The notes under the pieces are model-generated. The model saw nothing but the letters and a program-made list of their open reading frames with translations, had not been told where the DNA came from and ran no database searches. The translations under genes and the position numbers were made by a program. DNA of 64,000 nucleotides from positions 1-64,000 of the forward strand of contig CAVXEP010000002.1 of assembly GCA_963760795.1 (NCBI GenBank), given 5' to 3'. Positions 51,298-61,356 of the stretch are shown piece after piece (position 1 is the stretch's first letter; each line of letters opens with the position of its first letter). Origin of the DNA: an uncultured delta proteobacterium (GTDB lineage: Bacteria > Desulfobacterota > Binatia > UBA9968).

Positions 51298-51361
51298 CAC
51301 CACGAAGGCACGAAGGAAAGACGTCGTTTCCGAACTTCGTGTCCTTCGTGCCTTCGTGGTG
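51298..51361. repeat. CACGAAG/CTTCGTG hairpin element
   Basis: Perfect 20-bp inverted arms CACCACGAAGGCACGAAGGA. Confidence 0.85.
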
Positions 51362-51367
51362 CGATAT

Positions 51368-52075
51368 CTATCCCAAGTGTTTCCGCAGAAACTCCAAGCC
51401 GCGCGCCCACGACTCGCGATCGGATTTTTCCACATACCGGTCCGGATGATGCGGGTCCATGAACGAGTGGCCGGTGTCTTGGTAAACGTAGAAATCGTGC
51501 GCCTTGCCATGCTTGGTCAGCTCGGCAGCGAGCTTCGCCATGTCGTCCAAAGTCGGATTCTGATCGGTGGCGCCGAAATGACCTTGGATCGGGCAGGAAA
51601 TCAGCGCCGTGCGTTCGAACGGCGTCGGCCCCTCACCCCACTGGCGAAAACAGCTGCCGCCGTACCAGGTGATCGCCGCTTTGAAATCCTTGCTCGCCGC
51701 CGCCATCAGGTATGCCACCCGCCCGCCCATGCAGAAACCAAGAATCGCCACTCGCTTGCTGTCAACCAGCTTGTTGCCGCGCAAGTGCGCCATGGTGGCA
51801 TCGATGTCCTTGATGATGTTGGTGTCCCGCGCCCGGCCGCGCCGCGTCGGTCCGTCATCTTTACAGTCCGGCCCATCGCGATGATAGAGATCCGGGCACA
51901 CGGCGAAGTAACCGTCGCGCGCGAACCGCTCGGTCATCTCCTCCATGAACTTGTCCACGCCATACTGATGCTGGATCACCACCACCGCCGGCAGCGGCCC
52001 GTTGCCATCGGGCTGGGCCGAAAATAAATTCATCGCGCTGCCGTCAACGTTAATCTGCTCACGAATCGTTTTCAC
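51368..52075 (-). CDS. Dienelactone hydrolase family protein
   Basis: PAVVVIQH.YGV, PDLY, GFCMGG, GATD, GHSF. Confidence 0.92.
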   Translation of the reverse strand: MKTIREQINVDGSAMNLFSAQPDGNGPLPAVVVIQHQYGVDKFMEEMTERFARDGYFAVCPDLYHRDGPDCKDDGPTRRGRARDTNIIKDIDATMAHLRGNKLVDSKRVAILGFCMGGRVAYLMAAASKDFKAAITWYGGSCFRQWGEGPTPFERTALISCPIQGHFGATDQNPTLDDMAKLAAELTKHGKAHDFYVYQDTGHSFMDPHHPDRYVEKSDRESWARGLEFLRKHLG

Positions 52076-52222
52076 AGTTCACCTCGATTGAATTCATCTC
52101 TCGCTTGTATCCGTATCGCTAACCGATCGGCAAATCTATGTGCATCGACATCTGCCGATTTCTTATCTGCGAACTTTGCGTTCTTTGCGGCCAATCTTGC
52201 GCCTGCGAATCCTACCGCGCGA

Positions 52223-54007
52223 TCACTTACTGCGCTGCGCGAAGCTCATCTCCTCGACCAGCGTCGGCAAATACGCCGCCACTAGCGCCGGCGTGCCTTT
52301 GCGCACTTGATCGAGCGCCAGCTTGAGCGCGGCACCTACTTGCTCCGGCTCGCTCACGGTGGTGCCAAAACAGTTGGCCGCCTCGGCGAGCTTGGCGAAA
52401 TCCGGCGGCGGGTCGAAAATGCCGCCTTCGTAATTTTCCGTGCGCACCGCCACGCCGTTGGGATAAGCGCGCTTGAGCCCGTTTGTGCCGGTCGTATACG
52501 ACCGGTTGACGAAGACCACGGCCAAAAACGGCGCCTTATAGTGCGCCGCCGACCACAGCGCCGGCATCGGCGTGCCGAACATGAAATAGCCGTCGCCGGT
52601 GGCGAGCACGACATCGCGATCGGGCGCCGCCAATTTGGCGCCAAACGCCGCGCCGCTGCCCCAGCCGCCCGACGAACCGCCGCTGGCGAAATAAGTTCCC
52701 GCTTGTGATCGTCCATGATGGTCGCAGACAAATCCGGAGTTGCTGATCGCGTCATCGAGTAAGATGGCATCAGGTTCGAGAATCTTTCCCAGCTGATAGG
52801 CGACCCAGCGCGGGTGCATCGGCTTGCGCTTTCCCGCTTCCTGGCCCTGCTGCTCTGCCTGCGCGATCATTTCTTGCTTACGCGCCGCCAAACGCTCGCG
52901 CCGCTCGGCGATGCGGCTCATGTCGCTCTTCGACAACAGCGCGGTGGCCGCGTCGTGAATCGCCTGCGCTGCCGCCGCCACCGACACCGGCAACCAGAGA
53001 TCGGCTTGAAACTCCATCGTCTTATAGTTGGACATCACCGGATCGGCATCGACCCAAATCGTCTTGCTGCCCGGCTTGGGCGCAGCGTTGGGCGAGATGT
53101 ACGGCACCAACGCTTCGAGCATGAGCGATACATCGGCATCCTTGACCTCCGGCCCGGTGCCGTAAAGCGCGTGGGTGGTGGGAAAATTCAAACGGTCCAA
53201 ACGGTCGGCATCGACCAGCGGCAGCGCGAGCAACTCGGCCAACCGAACGATCGCCGCCACCGCTTCCGGATTGCGCCCCGCCGCGGCGGAATAAATGCAC
53301 GGATTACGCGCGTCGATCAGCCATTGAGCCGCGCGCTTGGCATCGGCGGGATCGGGCCAAGCCGGCCGGGCGACACCGAGTTCGTCGCGCGTCGGAAAAT
53401 AACTTTTGCCTGGCAACTTGAGCATGGCGGTCTCGCGCGGCACCGTCAAATACGCCGGCCCCTTGGGTTCGCTCATGGAGATTTGCAGTAACCTGCTGAT
53501 GAGCAATCCCGGATTGTCCTGATGTTCCAGACGGTGATCGACTTTGGTGTACTGGCGCACGATGCCGCCTTGATCGCGCGGCTCTTGCACCCACTGCACC
53601 GGGCTGTTGCGCGCGCCGGCCATGGAGCCGGGATAAGCGCGCGGGCCGGTGCCGGCGGTGATCAACACCGGATAGTTGCCGCGCCACGCCGTGTGAATCG
53701 CGCCGCCGTAATTGAGCGTGCCGACATCGACATGCACCGCGGTGGCCGCCGGCTGATTGCGCACCATGGCGCTCCCCAGCGCGGCGTTGAGCGCCACCGC
53801 TTCATGGGTCACGGTGATCAGCTTCGGCGCCGGCCAGCCGCGCTCGTTGGCCTTGGCAATACTCTCCTGCCAAAACGCAATCTCCGAGCCCGAGACGAAA
53901 AATAAATGATCGATGCCGCCCAGTTTCATCGACTGGACCAGCGCGTCCGACCAATCCTCGCCGGGATATTCCTGCCAGCGCGCATCATGGGAAATTGCCT
54001 CAGCCAT
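52223..54007 (-). CDS. Thiamine-diphosphate-dependent enzyme, paralog 2
   Basis: THE catalytic Glu; HVDVGT.N; GDG...N ThDP motif (TGDGYFMFG...VFVNRSY). Confidence 0.9.
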   Translation of the reverse strand: MAEAISHDARWQEYPGEDWSDALVQSMKLGGIDHLFFVSGSEIAFWQESIAKANERGWPAPKLITVTHEAVALNAALGSAMVRNQPAATAVHVDVGTLNYGGAIHTAWRGNYPVLITAGTGPRAYPGSMAGARNSPVQWVQEPRDQGGIVRQYTKVDHRLEHQDNPGLLISRLLQISMSEPKGPAYLTVPRETAMLKLPGKSYFPTRDELGVARPAWPDPADAKRAAQWLIDARNPCIYSAAAGRNPEAVAAIVRLAELLALPLVDADRLDRLNFPTTHALYGTGPEVKDADVSLMLEALVPYISPNAAPKPGSKTIWVDADPVMSNYKTMEFQADLWLPVSVAAAAQAIHDAATALLSKSDMSRIAERRERLAARKQEMIAQAEQQGQEAGKRKPMHPRWVAYQLGKILEPDAILLDDAISNSGFVCDHHGRSQAGTYFASGGSSGGWGSGAAFGAKLAAPDRDVVLATGDGYFMFGTPMPALWSAAHYKAPFLAVVFVNRSYTTGTNGLKRAYPNGVAVRTENYEGGIFDPPPDFAKLAEAANCFGTTVSEPEQVGAALKLALDQVRKGTPALVAAYLPTLVEEMSFAQRSK

Positions 54008-54295
54008 AATCAAAGTCTCCTCTCGCAATCGTTCAGAAGTTCTCCGCGTTGTTCCGGATTTTTAATTTTTGACTATTGGTTTCTTATTCGCTCGCGTCCC
54101 CAGAGACTCTCATCGAAGCCGCTCTTCACCATCTCGTCCAAATATTTCACTATCGATCAGACTGTTGCGGCTTGATATTCTTCGCTCCGGCGTCGGTGGG
54201 CGTCCCGAACCTTTGTGCCTTTTGCGTTCTTTGCGGCCATCCCTCCGAATCCGAAATTCCCCCAACACTCCACGACTCCATCACCCCACTCCCCG

Positions 54296-56047
54296 TCACG
54301 CCAACGGATTCTTACAGATCACATTGAGCAGCGCCTGGCGCTTTTCTTCTCTCACCACCCGCAGCGCCTTCGCTAACGCATCCGGCAATGCCGCCGGGTC
54401 TTCCACCCGCGCCGCGTAGGCGCCGCAGGCTTGCGCCGTCAGCTCGAAGTTCGGTGACGGCGTCAGATCCGTGCCGGGAAAGTTGCGCGTCCTGGCCGCC
54501 ACGCCGTCGGGATAGAGACCGCGCGCCGCGTTCAGACTCGCGTTCCAGACTTGGTTATTGTAGATGACCGTCAAGAATGGAATCTGATATTTCTGCGCCG
54601 TGAAATGACATGCCGTCGGCGCGCAGAACATATACGAGCCGTCGCCTTCCGCCGCGATGACGGTCGCGTCCGGTTTTCCCAATTTCATGCCGATGGCCGC
54701 GCCCAGGCCCCAGCCAAGATGGCCGGCGAGCGGCGTGTTGAACATCGAACCGGGCCGGTTCAAATGAATCACTTCCGCCAACTTCGAGGTAATCGACTCG
54801 TTGGCGATGATGGTCTTGTCGTCCATCGCGTCGCCGATACACTTCGACAGCCAGTAGGGGTGAATCGGCGTTTGGTTTTTCACCGCCTCGACGCTGGCGT
54901 CCATCTCACGGATCATCGCCTGATGCTCGGCCTCGGTTTGCTTGCGCCGCTCGTCGAGTTTCGCTTGTGACACCGCGCCGCCTTTAAGCTTGTTGCGGAT
55001 GATCGCGTTCAGCGCCGGCAGCGACACTTCCGAACAACCGCTCACCGGTAAGTCGGCGGGAAAACCCCAACCGGGTATGCCGGTGAACAGCGGATCGCGC
55101 TCCAGGTGAGCGATCTTGACGCCGTCGCGCAAAACGTTGCGGTTGGGCGGCTCCCAGGGCACGTCGGTGTCGATGAAAAACAACACATCCGAGTTGCGAA
55201 CATACTTGGTCACCTGGGTGCCAAGATGCATCGGGTGGTCGGTGGGGAAATTGACATAATTCATTTGCTGGACAACTGGGATCGCCAGCAACTCGCTCAA
55301 CTCGATCAACGACTGCACCGCTTCGGGATTGCGGCCGAGATATTTCGTGACGATCAAGGGACTTTCCGAGCCGATCAGCCAGTCGGCGATTTTTTCCAAC
55401 GAAGCTTGGTCGGCTTGCGTCTTACTCGCCGGCGCCAGCGCATCCGGCGCAAACACCTGGGTCGATTCGAGCACCTCGGCCAGCCACTCCCGCGGCAAAG
55501 TCATGTACACCGGGCCGCGCGGTTCGCTCATGGCGATCTTGTAGGCGCGCGACACCACCGCGGCGAGATTCTGATTAGTGCGAATTTCGTAGTCCCACTT
55601 GACAAACTCGCGGACCACGCCGCCTTGATCGCGCGACTCTTGGCGCCAGTGAATGTTTTGGCTCTTGCCGCCGCGCAGCTCGCCCTCGGTGATCGGCGTG
55701 CGCCCGGCGCAGAGAAACAGCGGCACGTTGGCCGACGCCGCGTTGATGATGCCGCCGAGCGCATTGGCCGTGCCCGGCAGCGTGTGCACCAAAACCATCT
55801 GCGGCTCTTGGGTGACATTATAGTAACCATGGGCCATCGACACCGCCGCCTGCTCGTGCGGCACGACGATGGGCCGAATGTCGCGCGGATCTTCGCTCGC
55901 CGTGCGTGCCATCGCTTCGATCAGCGGGCCGTGATCGGTACCGGTGTTGGCGAACATGTAACGCACCGAGCCCAGCGCGCGCATCTGCGCGAGAAATGCC
56001 TCGGCGCCACTGGAAACGGCTACGGTCTTGTTTGGCGTGGTCATCAA
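54296..56047 (-). CDS. Thiamine-diphosphate-dependent enzyme, paralog 1
   Basis: FANTGTD, PHE, HW.QE..DQ, LGWGLGAAIG, EGDGSYMF...YNN. Confidence 0.92.
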   Translation of the reverse strand: MMTTPNKTVAVSSGAEAFLAQMRALGSVRYMFANTGTDHGPLIEAMARTASEDPRDIRPIVVPHEQAAVSMAHGYYNVTQEPQMVLVHTLPGTANALGGIINAASANVPLFLCAGRTPITEGELRGGKSQNIHWRQESRDQGGVVREFVKWDYEIRTNQNLAAVVSRAYKIAMSEPRGPVYMTLPREWLAEVLESTQVFAPDALAPASKTQADQASLEKIADWLIGSESPLIVTKYLGRNPEAVQSLIELSELLAIPVVQQMNYVNFPTDHPMHLGTQVTKYVRNSDVLFFIDTDVPWEPPNRNVLRDGVKIAHLERDPLFTGIPGWGFPADLPVSGCSEVSLPALNAIIRNKLKGGAVSQAKLDERRKQTEAEHQAMIREMDASVEAVKNQTPIHPYWLSKCIGDAMDDKTIIANESITSKLAEVIHLNRPGSMFNTPLAGHLGWGLGAAIGMKLGKPDATVIAAEGDGSYMFCAPTACHFTAQKYQIPFLTVIYNNQVWNASLNAARGLYPDGVAARTRNFPGTDLTPSPNFELTAQACGAYAARVEDPAALPDALAKALRVVREEKRQALLNVICKNPLA

Positions 56048-56158
56048 ACTATTCCTCCTGTCGGCAAAACGGTCTCACTCTGTCAGGTGTCAAAATAGTT
56101 TGCAATGATAATTTGGCCATTCGTAAGCCGCGGTGGCGAAGACGCAACCAAGAAAAAG

Positions 56159-56353
56159 AATGGCCGCAAAGAACGCAAAGGGCGCAAAATAAAAAACGTG
56201 AGTGTCTGAGCGGCTTTGAAACCCAGCTCGAGAAGGGTCAAATCTTTCTTAGATCTTTCGCATTCGCTCGGGATAATAGGCAGCGTCCGTCACCTTTCGC
56301 GGGAGATAATCCGAGTTTCCCTTTTGTGCCTTTTGCGTTCTTTGCGGCCAATT
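56159..56353. repeat. Complete TTTGCG-family inverted element enclosing a composite repeat
   Basis: AATGGCCGCAAAGAACGCAAAGGGCGCAAAA ... TTTTGTGCCTTTTGCGTTCTTTGCGGCCAATT; half-elements near 19352, 30245, 37926, 52175, 54212, 58884 and 60245. Confidence 0.8.
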
Positions 56354-56405
56354 CTCCAAGTCCTCATCGGTCAACCAGTAATTGACTTTGTCTTCCCCTG
56401 CCGCA

Positions 56406-57598
56406 ATGATCGAAACTTCCCATGTCGAGCAGCGAATCATCAGCAGCAAGCATCACTCGGCACATCCGTGGCTCAAGGACTTCGTCCTCACCTGGCTTTG
56501 CCGCTTCGGGATTTTTCTTGCCCATCATGTCACTCGGCCGCTGCTACCGCTCTATCTGATTACCTTCGGCGCGTCGTCGACGGTCATCGGCGCTGTGATG
56601 GCGGTGTTCACGATCACCGCTACGATGATGCGCATTCCCATCGGCCTGCTCATCGACCGCGTCGGCCGCAAACCGTTTTTGCTTTACGGCATCGCCTTTT
56701 TTACCGCCGGCAAGTTGGGTTATCTGTGGGCGCCGTCGATTTTGCTCATGCTGCCGTTTCGCGTGTTGCATGGTCTCGGCTGGTCCGGCTGCACCACCGC
56801 GGTCTCGACCATCAACGCCGACATCGTGCCACAAGCGCGGCGCGGCGAACTGATGGGCTACGCCGGCATGGCCAGCAGCCTCGCTTCCGCGTTGGGACCG
56901 GTGCTGGGTTTCGCGCTGTTTCATCGCTTCGACTATTCCGGCGTATTTCATCGGCGCCAGCGCATTACTGAGTCTTCAGCTTCATCTTCGCCGTTCCAGT
57001 CGCGGAGCCGAAACGACCGGCAACCGAACCCTACAAAGCCGAGCGCTGGATCGACAACATCATGGTCAAAGAATCCCTCGACCCGGCCATCGGCGTGGCG
57101 TTTCTTTCCTTCGGTCACGGCGGCATTCTAACTTTCTTGCCGATCCATGCCTTGAAAATCGGCCTGGCCAATCCCGGTATCTGGTTCGGCGTTTACGCCG
57201 CCTGCATACTCCTGAGCCGGCCCATCGCCGGACCGATCTCGGATCGAGTCAGCCGTCGCGCCGTGATCATTCCGGGGTTGATTTTGAATCTCGCCGGCAT
57301 CGTCATGCTGGCGTTCTCGACGACGTCCAATGGCTTGATGGCCGCGGCGATCGTCGGCGGCTTTGGCACCGGCGCGGCGCAACCAGCGCTAATGACCCAG
57401 GCGGTGGATCGCAGCGACGGCCAACGGCGCGGCCAATCGCTGGCGCAGTTTCAGTTCTTCTACGACCTTGGTATCGGCATCGGCTCCTTGACCCTCGGCG
57501 CGTTACTTGATTTGGTCAACCAAAGTTTTCGAATCATGTATCTCGCCACCGCGGTGGTGGCACTGCTCGGCCTATGGATCAATTGGCGGGGCAAATAA
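56406..57598 (+). CDS. MFS transporter, frameshift near 56950
   Basis: GLLIDRVGRK and GPISDRVSRR motif A copies; RRGE, RRGQ; multiple TM helices. Confidence 0.88.
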
Positions 57599-57698
57599 TT
57601 CGGCTCGTTCCGCATCAATCTTTTTCCGGTTCCCTCGCCAATTCCGATGGCAGAGGGCCTGTCCTGAGCGTGTCGAAGGAGCGAGGGTGAGGGAAACC

Positions 57699-58691
57699 AT
57701 GAACATGTGGCGAAGAATTTGGATAGCAATCTTCACCCTCAGCGGGTTATTTTGCATCCCCACCGCACACTCCCAAGAGCCGCGCAAGATCCGCGTCGGT
57801 ATCCCGACGCTGTCACCGATCATCGCCGCCACGCTGGTGCCGCGAGACCGAGGCTATTTCAAACAGGAGGGTCTCGATGTCGAAACTATCGTGATCCGCT
57901 CGGCACCGTCGGTGCTCGCGCTTGCCGCCAAGGAAATCGATTTTCTCATGACCGGCGGCGGCGGCCTCAGCGGCGCCCTGCGTGGTTTACCGCTGCGCGT
58001 GGTCTTCGCGCCGTTGCGCCGGCCGACCTACGCGCTTTATGCCAAACCGGAAATTCGCACCATCGCCGAACTCGAAGGCAAGCGCGTCGGCATCTCGAGC
58101 TACGGCAGCGGACCCGATCTGCTGCTGCGCGATGTGTTGAAGAAACGAATGAGTGACGGCGGCAAGAAGGTTACCATCCTCGCCGTTGGCAGCGGCACCG
58201 AACGTTACATCGCCCTCAAGACCAACATCGTCGATGCCGCCGTTCTGTCATCGCCGGTAACGTTGACGGCCAAGCAGGAAGGCTTTCGCGAGCTATTTTC
58301 ATTTTTCACCGATAAAGAATACGCCGACATCCCGGTGGCGACTTTTACCCGCGACGACATGCTGCAGACCAACGCCGCGCTGGTCGAGCGATTCGTCCGC
58401 GCCCAGGTGAAAGGATTGCTCTACATGCGCGCCAATCGTGACGGCGCCGCCGGCGCGCTGGCCCGCGCGCTTAAATCGAAAGAGAGCGAAACCGGCCCCG
58501 CCTTCGACGAGATCCGCCCGACCATGACTGAGGACGGCACGATCACTCTGGACGAACAACGCAAAGCGCTGGAATATTTGCTCTCGCCGGCCCAACAGAA
58601 GGAACCGCCGCGTCTAGAGCGCATTTACGATTTCACCCTGGCGCGAAAGGCATATCAGGAACTCCAAGCGCGCGGCTGGAAACCGGAATAG
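57699..58691 (+). CDS. ABC substrate-binding protein, NMT1/SsuA-like
   Basis: Signal peptide; RGYFKQEGLDVE, LEGKRVGISSYGS. Confidence 0.85.
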   Translation: MNMWRRIWIAIFTLSGLFCIPTAHSQEPRKIRVGIPTLSPIIAATLVPRDRGYFKQEGLDVETIVIRSAPSVLALAAKEIDFLMTGGGGLSGALRGLPLRVVFAPLRRPTYALYAKPEIRTIAELEGKRVGISSYGSGPDLLLRDVLKKRMSDGGKKVTILAVGSGTERYIALKTNIVDAAVLSSPVTLTAKQEGFRELFSFFTDKEYADIPVATFTRDDMLQTNAALVERFVRAQVKGLLYMRANRDGAAGALARALKSKESETGPAFDEIRPTMTEDGTITLDEQRKALEYLLSPAQQKEPPRLERIYDFTLARKAYQELQARGWKPE

Positions 58692-58845
58692 CAGGGCAAT
58701 TCGTGCTTGCGCCCGATCGGCAGCAGAAATATGACCCGGCACGTTTGATGTCCCGCCCGCGCTTTACACGAAAGCAAAGTAAGACGGGATTTCGAGTCGA
58801 CCTAATCAGTAGCCGTTGGTTTCGCGCCGAAGGTCGGTTGCAAAA

Positions 58846-58982
58846 AGGGCGGGTTTTAAACCCGCCCCTACGATCCAGAAATTTTTTGTGTTCTTTGCGT
58901 TCTTTGCGGCCAATCCTTCCGAATCCGACTCCCCCTCAGTCAACGATTTGAACGGCTTGAACGTTTGGAACAATTGGAACGG
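58846..58982. repeat. Stack of a GTAG REP, a TTTGCG array and a TTGAAC array
   Basis: GGGCGGGTTTTAAACCCGCCCCTAC; TTTGTGTTCTTTGCGTTCTTTGCGGCC; TTTGAACGGCTTGAACGTTTGGAACAATTGGAAC. Confidence 0.8.
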
Positions 58983-60157
58983 GTTTTATTCTTCATGCCG
59001 CATTCGAGATGAAAAAACTTCACGGCGTTGCCGGCGAACATCGCCTGCCTTTCGTTTTCCGGCACTCCGGCGAACTGCTCGTCGGCTAACTCGCGCGATT
59101 TCGGCCAGCGCGTGACGATGTGCGGGAAGTCGGTGGACCACATGACTTTGTCGACACCGACCATGTGGCGTAACTGAATGCCGATGGGATCGTCGAATAC
59201 GCCCCAGTGGGCATGCTCGCGCAGGTATTCGCTCGGCAGCTTTTTCAGCTGGGGCAAGCCCAAGAGTTTTTCCGCCCAGTGGCAGTTGACCTTATAGGTC
59301 TGGTCCATCTGCTGGTAGAAGTAGGGAATCCAGCCGATGTTGTTCTCCGCCCAAAAAATTTGCAGCTTGGGGAAGCGGTCGAACACGCCGGTAAAAATCA
59401 ACTGCGTCGCTTCCACCGCGCCGCAGTGATAAATCCCCTGGCGCGCCAGGCGCTGGAGAAAATCGAACGGCCGGTCTTCGCCCTGGGGATCTTTCGGATA
59501 TTTCATCAGGTAAACGTCGCGCTCGTCGGTGCGGCGCGGAAACGACGTATGGATCGTCACCGGCATGTCGAGGTCGATGGCCGCGGCCCAGAATTTGTCG
59601 TCTTCGGGAGTCGGGAAATTCTTGCCGCTCGGGAAAGTGTGCAAGCGCACCGCTTTGAAGCCTTTTGCTTTGCAGCGCTTCATCTCGGCGACGTTTTCGT
59701 CCGCGCCGATATCCGGCATCACCGCCACACCGATCAAACGGTCGGGGTCGACAGCGCAGTACTCCTCGATGAAATGGTCGTTGAACGCTTGGACGATGGC
59801 GAGAAACGCGTCGCGGTCTTTAATCTTGGTGTTGCGCGCTTCGCTGGCAAACAGCAGCTCGCCGTCGACGCCGTCGGCGTCCTGCTCCTTCAACCGCTGT
59901 TGCGGCGAGCCAGCGCCGACCGAGCTGTCGAAATCGAGACGGGTCGGATCGAATTTCTCTGGTCCCTTGCCGGCGAATAAATTTGTGCCGCGGTATTCCA
60001 GCGGCTGGCCCTCTTCGACGATGGCATCGCGCCCGTCGGCGAGCTTGATGCGGCGCGGCGCGCGGTCGCGATACTTGGCCGGCACCCGGTGCGTCCAGGT
60101 CTCCGGCAGCGATTCGTAATGACTATCGGCGGAAAAATAACGGTACTTGCGGGCCAT
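58940..60157 (-). CDS. Amidohydrolase_2 family protein; true stop possibly near 58993
   Basis: FSADSH, RLKEQDADGVDGE, AFND, E..IGWIP, MWSTDFPH, GNAVKFF. Confidence 0.9.
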   Translation of the reverse strand: MARKYRYFSADSHYESLPETWTHRVPAKYRDRAPRRIKLADGRDAIVEEGQPLEYRGTNLFAGKGPEKFDPTRLDFDSSVGAGSPQQRLKEQDADGVDGELLFASEARNTKIKDRDAFLAIVQAFNDHFIEEYCAVDPDRLIGVAVMPDIGADENVAEMKRCKAKGFKAVRLHTFPSGKNFPTPEDDKFWAAAIDLDMPVTIHTSFPRRTDERDVYLMKYPKDPQGEDRPFDFLQRLARQGIYHCGAVEATQLIFTGVFDRFPKLQIFWAENNIGWIPYFYQQMDQTYKVNCHWAEKLLGLPQLKKLPSEYLREHAHWGVFDDPIGIQLRHMVGVDKVMWSTDFPHIVTRWPKSRELADEQFAGVPENERQAMFAGNAVKFFHLECGMKNKTRSNCSKRSSRSNR

Positions 60158-60267
60158 TGAAGCAAATCCTCCTAGCGATTCTTAAGCAAGCAAACATGTT
60201 GATACGGCATCACGCAGGCATTCTCTGGAATTCGGATATTCCTCTTTGCGTTCTTTGCGGCCATTCC

Positions 60268-61356
60268 CTACGGCACCAGAATATCCTTCATGATCCTTTC
60301 CATCGGCTTGGACACCAACTCGGACTGCTCGGGACCGACGATCAGAAGCGGGATGCCCCGCTCTTCCAAATTGTTGAGCTCGTCATAGATTGACTTGACG
60401 CCCTTGCGCCCGGAGATCCTGCCGGTCGAGGCGAGAATCTTGGCGCCCTCCGCCGATTTCATGTAGTCAAGGAAAAGCGCGGCGGCATGGGGATTTTTCG
60501 TATTGGTGTAGATGCCGATGGCGCCGCTGATATGCGCCGGCGTCGGGTTGGGAAACACCAGCGCAGCCGGACAGCCGCCTTGCTTCATGCGCAAGAGGCC
60601 GTCAGGATAGATTTCCACGGCGACTTTGAATTCACCGGCGCACAAGAGCTGCGCTTGCAGCGTATGGCCACGCCGCACGATGGCGCCGTGTTTGATCAAT
60701 CCCTCGACGAAGGCGCGAGTTTTCTGCTCGCCCCATGCGGTCAACCAGCCCATCAACGCCCGCTCGGGCTCCATATCGATGGAGAGAGCGCCCTTCCACT
60801 TGGCGTCGAAGAGATCGTCGTAGCCTTTCGGCGCATCTTCTTTCCTGACCAGCTTGGTGTTGTAGCCCAGGGTCGACACACCCAAACTATCGGCGTGCCA
60901 ATAACCGTCTTTATCCGTGTACTCCTTGCCGAAGTTCACCGACTCGGGTGAATGGTAGCGCGTCCAGATGCCCGAGCGCTTGAGCGTCATGACATTTTCG
61001 GTGCCGACCAGCACCGCGTCGGTATCGAGCTGACCGGTGCGGTGCTCCGTCAACGTGCGAAACACTAGCTTATTGCCGCTGCCACGCCAGAATTCCGCCT
61101 TGATGAACGGATAGCGCTTCATGAAGCCGGCGGTGTAAGCGCCGAGCAGCGCGGCGGCGGAAATGCCGTAAAACTTGAAACCGCCTTCCTTGCGCGCGCC
61201 GTCCTCAAGGCGCTTTTGCCGCTGCGCCGGCGGCAGTTTGTTGATCTCGCTGTAAAGCGCTTCGATAGACGCGGCATGCGCGCTTGAGAACAGCGGACAA
61301 ACTAACAGCAATGAAGTCAGCGAATAGGCCAGCAATTTCCTCGGCGCCATCTTCAA
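60268..61356 (-). CDS. ABC-type extracellular solute-binding protein (AfuA/FbpA-like fold)
   Basis: Signal peptide; GARKEG, FMKRYP, YNTKLV, PKGYDDL..KWKG, LLCAGE, PHAAALF.DY. Confidence 0.85.
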   Translation of the reverse strand: MKMAPRKLLAYSLTSLLLVCPLFSSAHAASIEALYSEINKLPPAQRQKRLEDGARKEGGFKFYGISAAALLGAYTAGFMKRYPFIKAEFWRGSGNKLVFRTLTEHRTGQLDTDAVLVGTENVMTLKRSGIWTRYHSPESVNFGKEYTDKDGYWHADSLGVSTLGYNTKLVRKEDAPKGYDDLFDAKWKGALSIDMEPERALMGWLTAWGEQKTRAFVEGLIKHGAIVRRGHTLQAQLLCAGEFKVAVEIYPDGLLRMKQGGCPAALVFPNPTPAHISGAIGIYTNTKNPHAAALFLDYMKSAEGAKILASTGRISGRKGVKSIYDELNNLEERGIPLLIVGPEQSELVSKPMERIMKDILVP

